A DNA stretch of 64,000 nt, taken from positions 1,120,001-1,184,000 of the forward strand of contig OZ242374.1 in assembly GCA_965209055.1 (NCBI GenBank). The letters run 5' to 3'. Shown here piece by piece: positions 27,602 to 37,351 of this stretch. The notes beneath the pieces were generated by a model. The model had not been told where the DNA came from and searched no databases. It saw nothing but the letters and a program-made list of their open reading frames with translations. The first letter of the stretch is position 1. Each line of letters begins with the position of its first letter. The position numbers and the translations under genes are program-made. The DNA comes from Acidobacteriota bacterium (GTDB taxonomy: Bacteria; Acidobacteriota; UBA6911; RPQK01; JAJDTT01).

Positions 27602-30454
27602 TCATCGCGACACCGGGATCACCGGCAAGGTCGTAAAGATCCGGTTGTCGGGATCCATTTCCAATGCAACTCCGGTAAACCGCCCCTCGTCCGGGGCACT
27701 GCAGCGCACCACTCCCACGAAGTCAGACGTATCAGTCTCGAATATCTCATCAATGAACTTGGCTACTTGACCGTTGCCTGGCAGCGGGATCTCTTTCTCT
27801 TCCAGCACGGCACCCTTTCGCATCAACTGGCAGGTCAGTGTCATCGGGTCCGGTTCCAGGTTGCGGATGGCCGCGCCGGTATTGATTCCTCCTGCTTGGC
27901 GGCGAGCTGGAAAGACGGCAGCTGGGACTGATTGGCTGGCGCCGACTCCCGCCACACCGATGGCCGGAGCGTTGAAGCGCAGGACCCCACCGAGCGGGCC
28001 GTCAGAAACCACTCGTACCGATCCAATCCTCAACCTCCCTTCCCCAGTGGTTGATATCGTCCGCTCGCCCAGAGGCTTGATCTTCGTCCTGATGGTCAAA
28101 ACCCCTTCGTCTGTGAGTTCCAGATCGCCCGTCAAGTTCACCACTGAGTCGCCGGCGATGGTATTGCCCTTGGGATCGAAGAAGGAGAGAGTCGGGGTAG
28201 CGTCCGCACTGGACACGTTCACCAGCACCACCTCGGAAGAAATGGATTCTCCGTTGGCGAAGTGCGCAAAGTCCAGGCTCGCCGCCTGCTCTTCGGTCGC
28301 CACAGGCACGAGCGGCAACGTGGTGAAGATCCGATTGTCAGGATCCATCTCCAGAGCCACTCCGGTGAAGATTTCGTCGTTCGGAGCAGTGCAACGAACC
28401 GAGCCCACGAAGTCTGATGTATCGGTCTTGGTGAACAACTCCTGGATGAACTTGGCCGTCTGCCCGTTGCCGTCCAAAGGAATGTCCTTCTCTTCCAATT
28501 CCGTGCCGTCTTGCATCAATCGGCAACTCACTACGATCGGGTCTTCTCCCAGGTTCCGGATCGCCGCGCCGGTGTTGATTCCGCCCTCTTTGCGGCGCGC
28601 TGGAAAAATGGCGTCCCGGACAGGTTGGCTGGCGCCTACCCCGGCTACCCCAATTTCCGGAATGTCAAAGCGCAGGACCCCACCGATAGGACCGTCTGCC
28701 TCCACCCTCACGGACCCAGTCACCAACTCCCCTTGACCGCGGGTCGATATCGTCAGCTCCCCCAAGGGTTCCATCTTGGTTCGGACGGAAATTGCTCCGT
28801 CTTGTTCACTCCCCAAGTCTCCCCTGAGATCCACAATCGACTCTCCGCGAATGAGATGTCCCTGTTTGTTGTAGAAGGAGATGGTGGCCCGGATCGGCGC
28901 AGCGCCCACATTCACCAACACCAAGTCGGAGGTGATGGAAGCCCCGTTGGCAAAATGGGCGAAGTCCAAACCCGGCATGGGCGTGGATTCCGTCGTGGCC
29001 TCAGCGCCAGCGCCCTTGCTGTTCACTGCCCTCACCTGAAACTCATAGGACGTCCCATTGGTCAGACCCGTGATGGTGATGCTGCGCGCAGTGGCGCCGC
29101 CCTCGACTTCCATCCAGGTGCCCCAGCCGGCACCCGACTCGCGATAGCGGACATCGTAGTTGAGGATCGGGGAACCACCGTCATTCGCCGGCTCATTCCA
29201 CCGGAGTGTCACGGCCCCATTGCCGCCTCGGGCAGACAATGACGGGGTTCCCGGAACCGCGCCTGGCGTCTGGTTGACCATGGACGGCTCACCATCACCG
29301 ATGTCGTTCACGGCCCGCACTTGAAAGGCATACTCGATCCCGTTGGTCAGACCGGAGATGGTCACTCTGGTTGCGCTCGATCCTCCAGAGACTTCCGTCC
29401 ATTCGCTGTAACTGCTATTTCCGCCGCCGGCTCTATAGCGGTACTCGTAGCGGAGGATGCTGGAGCCACCGTCGGCCGCTGCATTCCAGCTCAAGGTGAT
29501 GCTTCCGTTACCCGCTGCGGCCATCAGTCCCACCGGTGCACCAGGAACAGAAGCCGCGCCCAAGCAGTTCAGTTCGGCCTCGCCGCCAGCGAGGAGCGTC
29601 TCAAGCGCATCACGCTCCGCCGGGTCGACACTCAACTCGTATTCTTGCTTCACGGCAATCACGCGAGCTGCGAACCAGGCGCGGTGTCGGGCCGGCGTCC
29701 AGTCGGCGGCATCCCGGTCACTCTTTTCCGACCGGTTCACCGTCGAGTCTGCGATCGTCAGGTTGTCGAGGTCGCTCGCGATGTCCCGGCGCCTGTCGTC
29801 GGCGATCCCGCTGTCGTGCGCCTCCGCCAGGGCGACGATGTGCTCGATGTCCGTTGCAGCGGTCCCCGCCACCGTAATGTCGAACGCAATGCAGGAATAC
29901 GGCGTATAGACTTGCCCGTCTTTCTTCATGGTCGCTGGCAGCGCCGCGATGATGTCGTCTTCCAGGCGTGTGTATCCCGATCCGTAATCATCGCGATCGT
30001 AGCCGTCGCGTGACCGCTCCGCGCAGACCTTCAGGCCACGCCAAGTCTCTGCATCCGCCGGGCATCCCGTGGACTGCGGATCATCGGTTCGTTTTTTTGG
30101 AATGTACCCTCTGGGGTTCGAGGATGAGTCACAAGCGATGTCGTCGTTGTCCGTGTCGCTCGACCGCTGCCGCTCAAGCCACTCGTAGATGATCCCGGTG
30201 CCGTCACGGTTGTCCTTGTATGCCGGCAACCGCAGCCCCTCATCGCGGTTCAATGCTTCAGAGCAGGTCAGGTCCCCGTTGCCGTTGCCGTCCCAGTAGG
30301 CGAACTCATCACGCGATTGTGCCCCTGCTGAAGGACTAGGCCCCAACACGAGAGCCGCGGTCATCAGGGCCATGATTCTCGGTTTCCAGCGGCCTGAGAT
30401 GTTTCGGGGATTTCCGCAGCCGGCCGGCGAGGTTTCTTGTATCTGACTGTTCAT
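27602..30454 (-). CDS. Secreted DUF1524/HNH-like nuclease with two FN3 domains and two C-terminal beta-rich repeat domains
   Basis: DIEHIVALAEAHDSG..NLTIA..VNRSEKSD; FN3 motifs (GLTNG.EY.FQVRAVN); two LDFAHFANG repeats. Confidence 0.8.
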   Translation of the reverse strand: MNSQIQETSPAGCGNPRNISGRWKPRIMALMTAALVLGPSPSAGAQSRDEFAYWDGNGNGDLTCSEALNRDEGLRLPAYKDNRDGTGIIYEWLERQRSSDTDNDDIACDSSSNPRGYIPKKRTDDPQSTGCPADAETWRGLKVCAERSRDGYDRDDYGSGYTRLEDDIIAALPATMKKDGQVYTPYSCIAFDITVAGTAATDIEHIVALAEAHDSGIADDRRRDIASDLDNLTIADSTVNRSEKSDRDAADWTPARHRAWFAARVIAVKQEYELSVDPAERDALETLLAGGEAELNCLGAASVPGAPVGLMAAAGNGSITLSWNAAADGGSSILRYEYRYRAGGGNSSYSEWTEVSGGSSATRVTISGLTNGIEYAFQVRAVNDIGDGEPSMVNQTPGAVPGTPSLSARGGNGAVTLRWNEPANDGGSPILNYDVRYRESGAGWGTWMEVEGGATARSITITGLTNGTSYEFQVRAVNSKGAGAEATTESTPMPGLDFAHFANGASITSDLVLVNVGAAPIRATISFYNKQGHLIRGESIVDLRGDLGSEQDGAISVRTKMEPLGELTISTRGQGELVTGSVRVEADGPIGGVLRFDIPEIGVAGVGASQPVRDAIFPARRKEGGINTGAAIRNLGEDPIVVSCRLMQDGTELEEKDIPLDGNGQTAKFIQELFTKTDTSDFVGSVRCTAPNDEIFTGVALEMDPDNRIFTTLPLVPVATEEQAASLDFAHFANGESISSEVVLVNVSSADATPTLSFFDPKGNTIAGDSVVNLTGDLELTDEGVLTIRTKIKPLGERTISTTGEGRLRIGSVRVVSDGPLGGVLRFNAPAIGVAGVGASQSVPAAVFPARRQAGGINTGAAIRNLEPDPMTLTCQLMRKGAVLEEKEIPLPGNGQVAKFIDEIFETDTSDFVGVVRCSAPDEGRFTGVALEMDPDNRIFTTLPVIPVSR

Positions 30455-30743
30455 GAGCCCGTCAATCTAACACAGGGTCCGGTGAGGGACGCTGCCACAT
30501 CCTCTCCCTGATGGACTGCGAGGCTACCACAGGCGGAAAGCGAGAAAATCCCGGATTCTAGAAAAATTCGAGCCCGTGAGAGGCCCCAGAATCGACGATC
30601 TCCCTTGATCCAGGGGTAAGGGCCTTCAGGCGTTGTCCCAGCGACTCGCGGCGAACCGGTAGGGAAGATCGCCCAGGACCTTTTGCTAGACTGCCGGAAG
30701 GATGCAACCCCCGAAGTCCGGAGCTTGAGGCCAAAGACAGAGC

Positions 30744-31067
30744 TTGACGTCCCCATTGGGGAGTCCACGAACACCCCCAATGAGGGTGTTGGGGCCACTG
30801 TTCCTCCCTTGGGTGGGAGAGGCAATCCGGGATGAAGAGGTGGCCGTGATCTTCCTGAAGGAATTCTGGTCTCAGATCGTAGGGGATCAGTCGGCGGAAT
30901 CGACGGTGCCGCTGCGTCTGCGAAAGTGCACTCTGGAGATCGGCGTCTCCGGCCGCGAATGGGAGCGGGTGCTCCAGGGGATGGCTCAGCCCTTGATGGC
31001 CAAGGTCAATGAGTTCTGGAGCCGGTCGCTGGTTCGGCGGCTGGATTTCCAGGTGGTCGATCCCTGA
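30744..31067 (+). CDS. DUF721/DciA-like protein
   Basis: W.QIVG...T.PLRLR...L.IGV...W...L......LMAKVN pattern. Confidence 0.6.
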   Translation: MTSPLGSPRTPPMRVLGPLFLPWVGEAIRDEEVAVIFLKEFWSQIVGDQSAESTVPLRLRKCTLEIGVSGREWERVLQGMAQPLMAKVNEFWSRSLVRRLDFQVVDP

Positions 31068-31124
31068 CCAGGGGAGCGCTCGGGCTGAGGGTGGCGGAGA
31101 GTGCCATCCTTGTCTTCTGTCGGC

Positions 31125-31712
31125 TCAGCGCCGACGGCAATCCTCTTTGTTCACTCGCAGGTACTCTTGCCGAAACCTAAGGATGAGGGAGTTTAGCGGT
31201 GCAAGGACGAACGACGCGCCGGTGAAGCGAAGCGCTCCAGGCGCTCCGGGGAGCACATGCCCTACTTGGTGAGCCCGCCAGACTGCCCCCAGGCGGTTGC
31301 TTGGCACTACCCCCCGCCCCCCCTTGTGGTACTCCACTGATACGTTGAACCCAGAACCAACGACGTGAGCGCTCACGTATAGAACGGACCCGTCTGTCTT
31401 GGTTCGGTCATAAGAATCCGAGTAGATGCCAACTGGGCGCAAGTGCGTCACCGCCGCAAGCCAGAGGCGATGCTCGGTTAGACCGATTCTCTTCGCATCG
31501 TTGCTCAAGCGTTTCACCACGACCGCCATGGGGCGGCAGGCGTTGTACAGCCTTCTCCGGTCGTGGTCGTTAATATGCTGGGCCTTGATGGATCCGGGTT
31601 GAATTACCGCGAAAACAGCGAGTGCAACGAACCAAGTTGGGAGTCTGCCAATCAGGAGATTGCGGTAACTCATGCGGTGAAATCCTACTACACCCTCTCC
31701 CGAGGCCGGCAC
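31125..31712 (-). CDS. Exported hypothetical protein
   Basis: Signal-like segment, LYNACRPM...EYLRVN; remnant paralogue at 1740-1805. Confidence 0.6.
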   Translation of the reverse strand: MPASGEGVVGFHRMSYRNLLIGRLPTWFVALAVFAVIQPGSIKAQHINDHDRRRLYNACRPMAVVVKRLSNDAKRIGLTEHRLWLAAVTHLRPVGIYSDSYDRTKTDGSVLYVSAHVVGSGFNVSVEYHKGGRGVVPSNRLGAVWRAHQVGHVLPGAPGALRFTGASFVLAPLNSLILRFRQEYLRVNKEDCRRR

Positions 31713-31766
31713 TGCTGCGTTCGTAACGCTTTACGGATATCATAAAGGTGGCTACCCTGACGCTCT

Positions 31767-32045
31767 ATGATCCGAAGCTTCAGTGACCGAAGTACCCGGC
31801 GCTTCTTCGAGGGCCATCGGGTGAGGGCGTTCCAGGGATTCGCGGATCAGGCTGTGCGACGTCTCACCCTGTTGGACAACGCGGAGTCCCTCCGGGACCT
31901 GGCCGGGCTGCCAAGCAACCGCCTGGAAGCGCTTCGCGGCAACCGGACCGGCCAGTACAGCATTCGGATCAATGCCCGGTGGAGAATCTGTTTCCGTTGG
32001 GGAGAGGATGGCCCCTACGACGTCGAGATCGTAGATTATCACTGA
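31767..32045 (+). CDS. higB: HigB-like (RelE/ParE superfamily) toxin
   Basis: MIRSF...PSNRLEALRGNRTGQYSIRINARWRICFRW...EIVDYH. Confidence 0.92.
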   Translation: MIRSFSDRSTRRFFEGHRVRAFQGFADQAVRRLTLLDNAESLRDLAGLPSNRLEALRGNRTGQYSIRINARWRICFRWGEDGPYDVEIVDYH

Positions 32046-32055
32046 GGAGGTCGAG

Positions 32056-32397
32056 GTGATGAGCTTCAAAAATGGAATGCGCCCGGTGCACCCGGGAGAA
32101 ATCTTGCGGGACGAGCTGGATGCGCTTGGTATGTCGGCCAATGCGCTGTCAAAAGCGCTGGACGTGCCCGTGAATCGAATCACGGCGATCCTGAGTGGGC
32201 AGCGGGGTGTGACGGCCAACACGGCATTGCGTCTGGCGCGTTACTTTGGGACGACCCCGCAGGTCTGGCTGAACCTGCAGAAGACGTGGGAGCTACGGCG
32301 GGAAGAGATCAACGCTGGGCGCCTGATTGCCGAGCGCGTTCAGCCCCGGCAAACGATGTTGCCGGGAGAAAAATATAGAACCGATGCCCGTTCCTGA
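32056..32397 (+). CDS. higA: HigA antitoxin
   Basis: PVHPGEILRDE, HTH, ALRLARYFGTTPQVWLNLQ. Confidence 0.92.
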   Translation: MMSFKNGMRPVHPGEILRDELDALGMSANALSKALDVPVNRITAILSGQRGVTANTALRLARYFGTTPQVWLNLQKTWELRREEINAGRLIAERVQPRQTMLPGEKYRTDARS

Positions 32398-32462
32398 CCA
32401 ATGGACATCAATATTCGACCGTGAGAGGCTGACAACACCCCTCGGGAAAAGGAGACTCCATC

Positions 32463-33572
32463 ATGGATTTCATTGACAAGCTCAAAGCGCTGTCTGTCCG
32501 CGCCCAAACTCATGCTGCCCACGCCCAGACCGAAGAAGCGACCAAGACCGCACTCGTTCTCCCATTCTTGAATGTTTTGGGATACGACGTCTTTAACCCT
32601 ACGGAAGTCGTCCCAGAATACACCGCCGACGTGGGCCAAAAGCGGGGGGAGAAGGTGGATTATGCCATTTTGAAGGACGGAGCACCCATCATCATTCTGG
32701 AGTGCAAGCCTGTGAGGTCCGATTTGAACTCAGAGAATGCCTCACAGCTTTACCGCTACTTCACAACTACAGAATCTCGCTTTGGGGTCCTCACGAACGG
32801 AATGGTCTACAAATTCTATTCTGACTTGGAAGAGCCGAATAAGATGGATCCCAGGCCCTTCCTGAAATTCGACCTGTCCAATTTCACTCCCAATACCGTG
32901 GAGAACCTAAAGCGGTTCACCAAAGACTCTTTCGATCTAGAAGACTCCATACGGGCCGCCACAAATTTGAAGTACACCACGGCCATCAAACGAATTCTGG
33001 CAGACCAGCTCAGGCGGCCCTACGAGGACTTTGTGCTGTTTATTCTGGGTCAGGTTTACAAGGGGGTGAAAACCAAGAGCGTCCGGGAAAAATTTGTGGA
33101 TTTGACCCAACACGCCTTTCGTGAGTTCATCAACGATCGGGTCAACGACCGGCTGCAATCAGCCCTGGAAAATGAGCCTCCCCCTGAACCTTCCGTGGAT
33201 GATGAGCCTTCCCCTGAGCCATCTTCGGAGACAAAAGAAGGGCCGCTCGAAATTGCGCGGAAGCCTGGAATCATAACTACGGAAGCGGAAATCCAAGCCT
33301 ATTCCATCGTGAAATCCGTCTTGGCTGAAGTTGTAGATCTGGACCGGGTAACGCTTCGGGATCTCAAGTCTTTCTGCAATGTCCTGCTAGACGACAGCTT
33401 GCAGCGACTGATTTGTCGTTTCCGTTTCGATTCTGAGAATAAGTCCGTTGGGGTGCCCAACCCCAACTCGGAGGAGGTCCGGTTCCCCATTGACTCCCTC
33501 AACGATATTTACGGTTTGAAAGATACTCTCCGAGAGCGCGTCTCGTTTCTCTTGTCCAAGTTCGGTTCATGA
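32463..33572 (+). CDS. HsdR N-terminal-like restriction endonuclease domain protein
   Basis: TEEATKTALVLPFL..LGYDVFNP.EV.PE..KVDYAI..ECK..LTNG. Confidence 0.8.
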   Translation: MDFIDKLKALSVRAQTHAAHAQTEEATKTALVLPFLNVLGYDVFNPTEVVPEYTADVGQKRGEKVDYAILKDGAPIIILECKPVRSDLNSENASQLYRYFTTTESRFGVLTNGMVYKFYSDLEEPNKMDPRPFLKFDLSNFTPNTVENLKRFTKDSFDLEDSIRAATNLKYTTAIKRILADQLRRPYEDFVLFILGQVYKGVKTKSVREKFVDLTQHAFREFINDRVNDRLQSALENEPPPEPSVDDEPSPEPSSETKEGPLEIARKPGIITTEAEIQAYSIVKSVLAEVVDLDRVTLRDLKSFCNVLLDDSLQRLICRFRFDSENKSVGVPNPNSEEVRFPIDSLNDIYGLKDTLRERVSFLLSKFGS

Positions 33573-33619
33573 GAAGACGGACTCGGTGACCAGAGACGGA
33601 TTCCCGGAAGAGGCGCCTC

Positions 33620-34417
33620 GTGGAGAACAGTCGAATTCAGGTGAGCCCCACTCCTGCACACGGCCGTTTTGAGTCCTTCCTCTATGCCCTCGTAGTGTTC
33701 GCGTGTCTCCTCACTCTGCCTGTCATTTACTACGAATGGCAGGGAGTCAATTCCAGACTGTTGACTATAGCCGACTGGTGCATCTGGGCGATCTTTGTAG
33801 TTGAATACGGAGTCCTTCTGACACTTGCCCGCGACAGGAAGCGATACATCGTAGGGAACTGGCTGAACGCCGGGATCATTGTACTGTCCTTCCCCCTACT
33901 ACCAGCGATGATGGGATCTGTCCGCCTCGTTCGTCTAACTCGCCTGGTTCGACTCTTCTTGGTGGCAACCAAGGGGCTCCGCACGATGAAGGTCGTCGTG
34001 AGCCAAAAGAGTTTCGTCTATGTGCTGAGCGTGACAGCGTTGCTTGTGGTAGTGGCGGCTCAGCTTCTCCACATGCTGGAGCCCATGCCCGGAGGATTCA
34101 CGGATGGGCTGTGGTGGGCGGTAGTAACCACGACTACCGTGGGCTATGGAGATATCACACCAACGACTGCAACAGGCCGTTTTGTCGCGGTCATGCTGAT
34201 GCTGGCGGGCACGGCTCTGATCGCCACAGTTGCGGCTTCGGTGTCGGCCTATTTCGTTGGAGCCGAACGAACTGAAGAGTACGAAGATCTCAAAGCCCGG
34301 CTGAGCCGAATCGAACGCATGCTGGAGAAAAACCTCCCACCGGCCTCTGGCCAATCGACACACGCAAGAAGCCACAATGAGGGCGATCCGTCGCCGCCAA
34401 AAACCTCACGCCCGTGA
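33620..34417 (+). CDS. Voltage-gated-type potassium channel
   Basis: Six TM segments, Arg-rich S4 and TTTTVGYGD selectivity filter. Confidence 0.9.
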   Translation: MENSRIQVSPTPAHGRFESFLYALVVFACLLTLPVIYYEWQGVNSRLLTIADWCIWAIFVVEYGVLLTLARDRKRYIVGNWLNAGIIVLSFPLLPAMMGSVRLVRLTRLVRLFLVATKGLRTMKVVVSQKSFVYVLSVTALLVVVAAQLLHMLEPMPGGFTDGLWWAVVTTTTVGYGDITPTTATGRFVAVMLMLAGTALIATVAASVSAYFVGAERTEEYEDLKARLSRIERMLEKNLPPASGQSTHARSHNEGDPSPPKTSRP

Positions 34418-34648
34418 GTGGATTATGTTCTGGTCCGCGACCCGGCACTTGAGCATCTGCTCCACGGCGAGAGGCGAGAGCGCCCATTCGGTCAGCGTGC
34501 TGTAGCGTCGCTGGCCAGCCCGAGACAACGGGAAAGCCTTGGGCGCGTCCGCGAGCCCGGGTTGTTCGATGTCGGCCGCGATCCACTCATCCAGGTCGTG
34601 CCGCACTGGGACCTCCGGGGCCTTGGCCCCTTTATCCACAAATTGCAT
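34406..34648 (-). pseudogene. Degraded internal fragment of a second tyrosine recombinase
   Basis: DKGAKAPEVPVRHDLDEWI...GLADAPKAFPL...AVEQMLKCR resembles the EKGGK.REIPVRHDL region of integrases. Confidence 0.5.
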
Positions 34649-34675
34649 ACTGCCACTTCATAGAGTGTTTAAAAC

Positions 34676-35080
34676 GCCTTCCCGCCAGGGATAATTGGGA
34701 CGGGAGCGACCCTCCCAGGGGGTGTTGCGCAGATGTGAATTGCGCAACACCCCCGCGCCCGCACCGGGCAGCAAAAAGGGGGGGTCGCTCCCGTCCACCT
34801 CCATTTTCCCCGTGCGGCCACCCTGTGGCCGGAAAAATGGCCGTAACTGACTGAAACGACAAGGGATCGGGGGAGACGGACTTGTGAACCACCGGGACCG
34901 CTTTTTGTGAATCCACCCCCTTTGTCCCATTCACATCCCGGATCGGGCGCGAGACCCCCGTTGTGCCCACCCGAAACGAGTCGCCGTAGACCTTTTCGAC
35001 TGCCAAGTGCAGAACCATCTCGGCGACCGTCTCGCAACGTTCACGATGTTGCTCACCTGGTCCGAACTGATAGTCTCGGC
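34676..35080. other. Conserved structured non-coding block (copy 2, inverted)
   Basis: Reverse-complement homologue of 338-740 with the hairpins retained. Confidence 0.7.
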
Positions 35081-35565
35081 CTCCATGTGTCCATCCTGCG
35101 ACACCGGCTCGGTGGGGGGCGAACTATTGTCGGTAAAGTTCGTTACCCAGGCTGCGTTGAAGAGGGAGGAGAGCGACCGTGAGGGGACCGAAGTTAGGGG
35201 TGCAAGTCGTCTTCTCCGGCGGAGAGTTTGCGATCTACCGGGCGGAGTCGGTGAACTGGGACCGGCGGACCGGAACATTGACCCTGGAGCATTCCGGCCG
35301 ATCCTCCGTGTTCGAGCATTGGGGCGCGAGCCTCCAGGTCGTCGCCTGGCGGTGGGTCGATGGGTCGATTCAGGACCGGACCTGGAGAGTGAAGACCGGG
35401 CACGGCGGGCGCCTCTAAGGCACAATAAGTTGATCTTATTGGACCCTGTGTCCTCCTAGAGGCGCTTGGACAGCTTCTCTCGGACCGTGTTACCGGGTAG
35501 CTCACGGTGGATCCCCGCCCCCCGAGAGAACCTGAGAAACCCGCTTCCTTCCCTCAGGATGTCCA

Positions 35566-36084
35566 TTAATTCGAGTTAACGGATGTCGAAGGATCTCTGG
35601 GAGCTTTGTAGACCACGATGGCCTCGCCCTTCGTCGCGGCATCGGTCGCCGCACCCAACCCAGCCCCGATTCCGAAGCCAATGCCGGCCATCATCAGATT
35701 ACCTAGCGCATTGAGATCGTTATCCGACTTGAGGGCAAGCGCACTCAGCATAACGCCAAATCCGATCCCGCCACCGATCAGCGTTCCGTTGGCAAGTCCA
35801 TCCTCCGGTTGAGTTGTGATCGTCTCGATGTCTTCTTTGGGAATCACCGCCCGGGAGATGTTGGTCACGAGCATCAGGTCGGTATCGGAAAGATCCTCGA
35901 AATGACCCTTGATTCGATCTCCGTCCTTTGTTTCCACCGTGATGGGGACCGTCACTTTCAAGGCCGCAACCTTCTCCCATCGTCCGGGGATCACCTCCGC
36001 GTGTGCTGGCATGGAGGTCAATCCGGCAAGAATCAAGGCGAGTGATTGAATCCGGCATGTCTTCATCGTTTGGGTTATCTTCAT
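35566..36084 (-). CDS. Exported/membrane hypothetical protein with glycine-zipper-like C-terminus
   Basis: Signal peptide and GxxxG-rich helices. Confidence 0.65.
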   Translation of the reverse strand: MKITQTMKTCRIQSLALILAGLTSMPAHAEVIPGRWEKVAALKVTVPITVETKDGDRIKGHFEDLSDTDLMLVTNISRAVIPKEDIETITTQPEDGLANGTLIGGGIGFGVMLSALALKSDNDLNALGNLMMAGIGFGIGAGLGAATDAATKGEAIVVYKAPRDPSTSVNSN

Positions 36085-36401
36085 GGCGCCTCCTTCTGCC
36101 TTGGAGTAACGTCGCTTCCTGTTAGCGACTCCTTGTCAGAAAATGTGATTTTTCCGTCGGAAGTGGCTCACCGAGGCGAGCGGACGATGATCGATCCTAG
36201 GTAGTCCCCGGCGAAAAACGGCATGGAGCCGCGAAGCGCGGAAGGGCGTGTCGGCGTTCAGGAGCCGATTCGGCTGCCTGTTTGTTGCCTGTGCAGCGTG
36301 CCAAACATAGGGAGTCAACCACTTTAACGATTCGGCGAAGAACCCGTTAAGTGATTGAAAACGTTAATGTTCGTTAGTCTTTGACTGAGGGACAGTAGGG
36401 A

Positions 36402-36854
36402 TTAGAAATCGCCGCTCCTGACGAGCTTTTGCGCGGAACGGTAGGTTTCCAGGGCTTCGTCGGTCTTGCCCTCGTCGCGGAAGACGCGGGCCTTGAACAT
36501 GAGGAGCATGAACCGGTTTTCCTGTGCGTCGACGGCCTTCAAGCTGGCGTCCACCGCCTGGCGGGCCAGACCATGCTGGTCCGCGTTCAGCAGCTCCTCG
36601 CTCAGGTTCAGCACCGAGAGCGTCAGCACGCCTTCATTCTCGGCGCCGAAGCCCAGGTCCAGGATCTCCTGGATCTCCGCCACGACCGCATCGTACTCGC
36701 CCGATTCGAGCTTGAGCTGGGCGATCTCGTAGTGAGTCGCGGCCGCCGCCAGCTTGGCGTTTTCCGCCGGGTTCGACGCCGCTGCGGAAACGCCCCGGAC
36801 CGGCGCCAATCCGAAAACCAGTAGAAATACGGAAAACCGGATCAGAGCGCTCAT
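36402..36854 (-). CDS. Exported TPR-like protein; last codons overlap the att core
   Basis: Signal peptide and helical TPR-like repeats. Confidence 0.7.
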   Translation of the reverse strand: MSALIRFSVFLLVFGLAPVRGVSAAASNPAENAKLAAAATHYEIAQLKLESGEYDAVVAEIQEILDLGFGAENEGVLTLSVLNLSEELLNADQHGLARQAVDASLKAVDAQENRFMLLMFKARVFRDEGKTDEALETYRSAQKLVRSGDF

Positions 36855-37351
36855 CTCTCTCCTCTGATCATATCAAAGGGATTCTCCCCCTTTTCCGCTC
36901 GTTGGGCGAGGGAAGAAGGGAAGGTCTCCCGTTTCAATGCCACCAGGAACGGGTTCTCCGCCTTGGCGAAGACTCGAGGCGCCGGCGGCGCCTCCTGGAT
37001 CCGTCCCATGAACCCGCCCGAGAGAATCGCCAGCACCACCAGGCTGGCCGCCGCGTACCGGACCTCGGGAAACCGGACCAGCGCCGCCAGTCCCGATCCC
37101 AACTGCTCCCAGAGGGAGTCCCGGGGAACCGGCAACCTCGACTCGATCCGGCTCCAGATCTCCGGAGCCGGCTCCGCGTCCGGCGACCCGGCCCTGAGCC
37201 AGTCCGACAACTCGCGCTGCTCCTCGTAGATCCGGGCGCACTCGGCGCACTCGGCGAGCTGGACCCGAACCGACGGCTCCGACCGCGCGTCCAGGCTGTC
37301 GTCGGCCAGCGCCGAAATCGAAAGCAGAAAACCTCGGCAGGAGCAATTCAT
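36851..37351 (-). CDS. Anti-sigma factor (degenerate ZAS)
   Basis: QLAECAEC motif and TM helix; coupled to the ECF sigma gene. Confidence 0.75.
   Translation of the reverse strand: MNCSCRGFLLSISALADDSLDARSEPSVRVQLAECAECARIYEEQRELSDWLRAGSPDAEPAPEIWSRIESRLPVPRDSLWEQLGSGLAALVRFPEVRYAAASLVVLAILSGGFMGRIQEAPPAPRVFAKAENPFLVALKRETFPSSLAQRAEKGENPFDMIRGER

Larger units (their letters stand above)
23773..36410. mobile_element. Integrative element 2 (12.6 kb) integrated into a REP palindrome
   Basis: GATTAGAAATC direct repeat at 23773-23783 and 36400-36410; TGCCTGTTTGTTGCCTGT at 23880 and 36275; integrase at the left end. Confidence 0.85.

Noticed and set aside
23834-35500. Integron with cassette array
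   Set aside because: I see no IntI-specific insertion in the integrase and no attC sites, cargo is in mixed orientation, and att direct repeats explain the region better.
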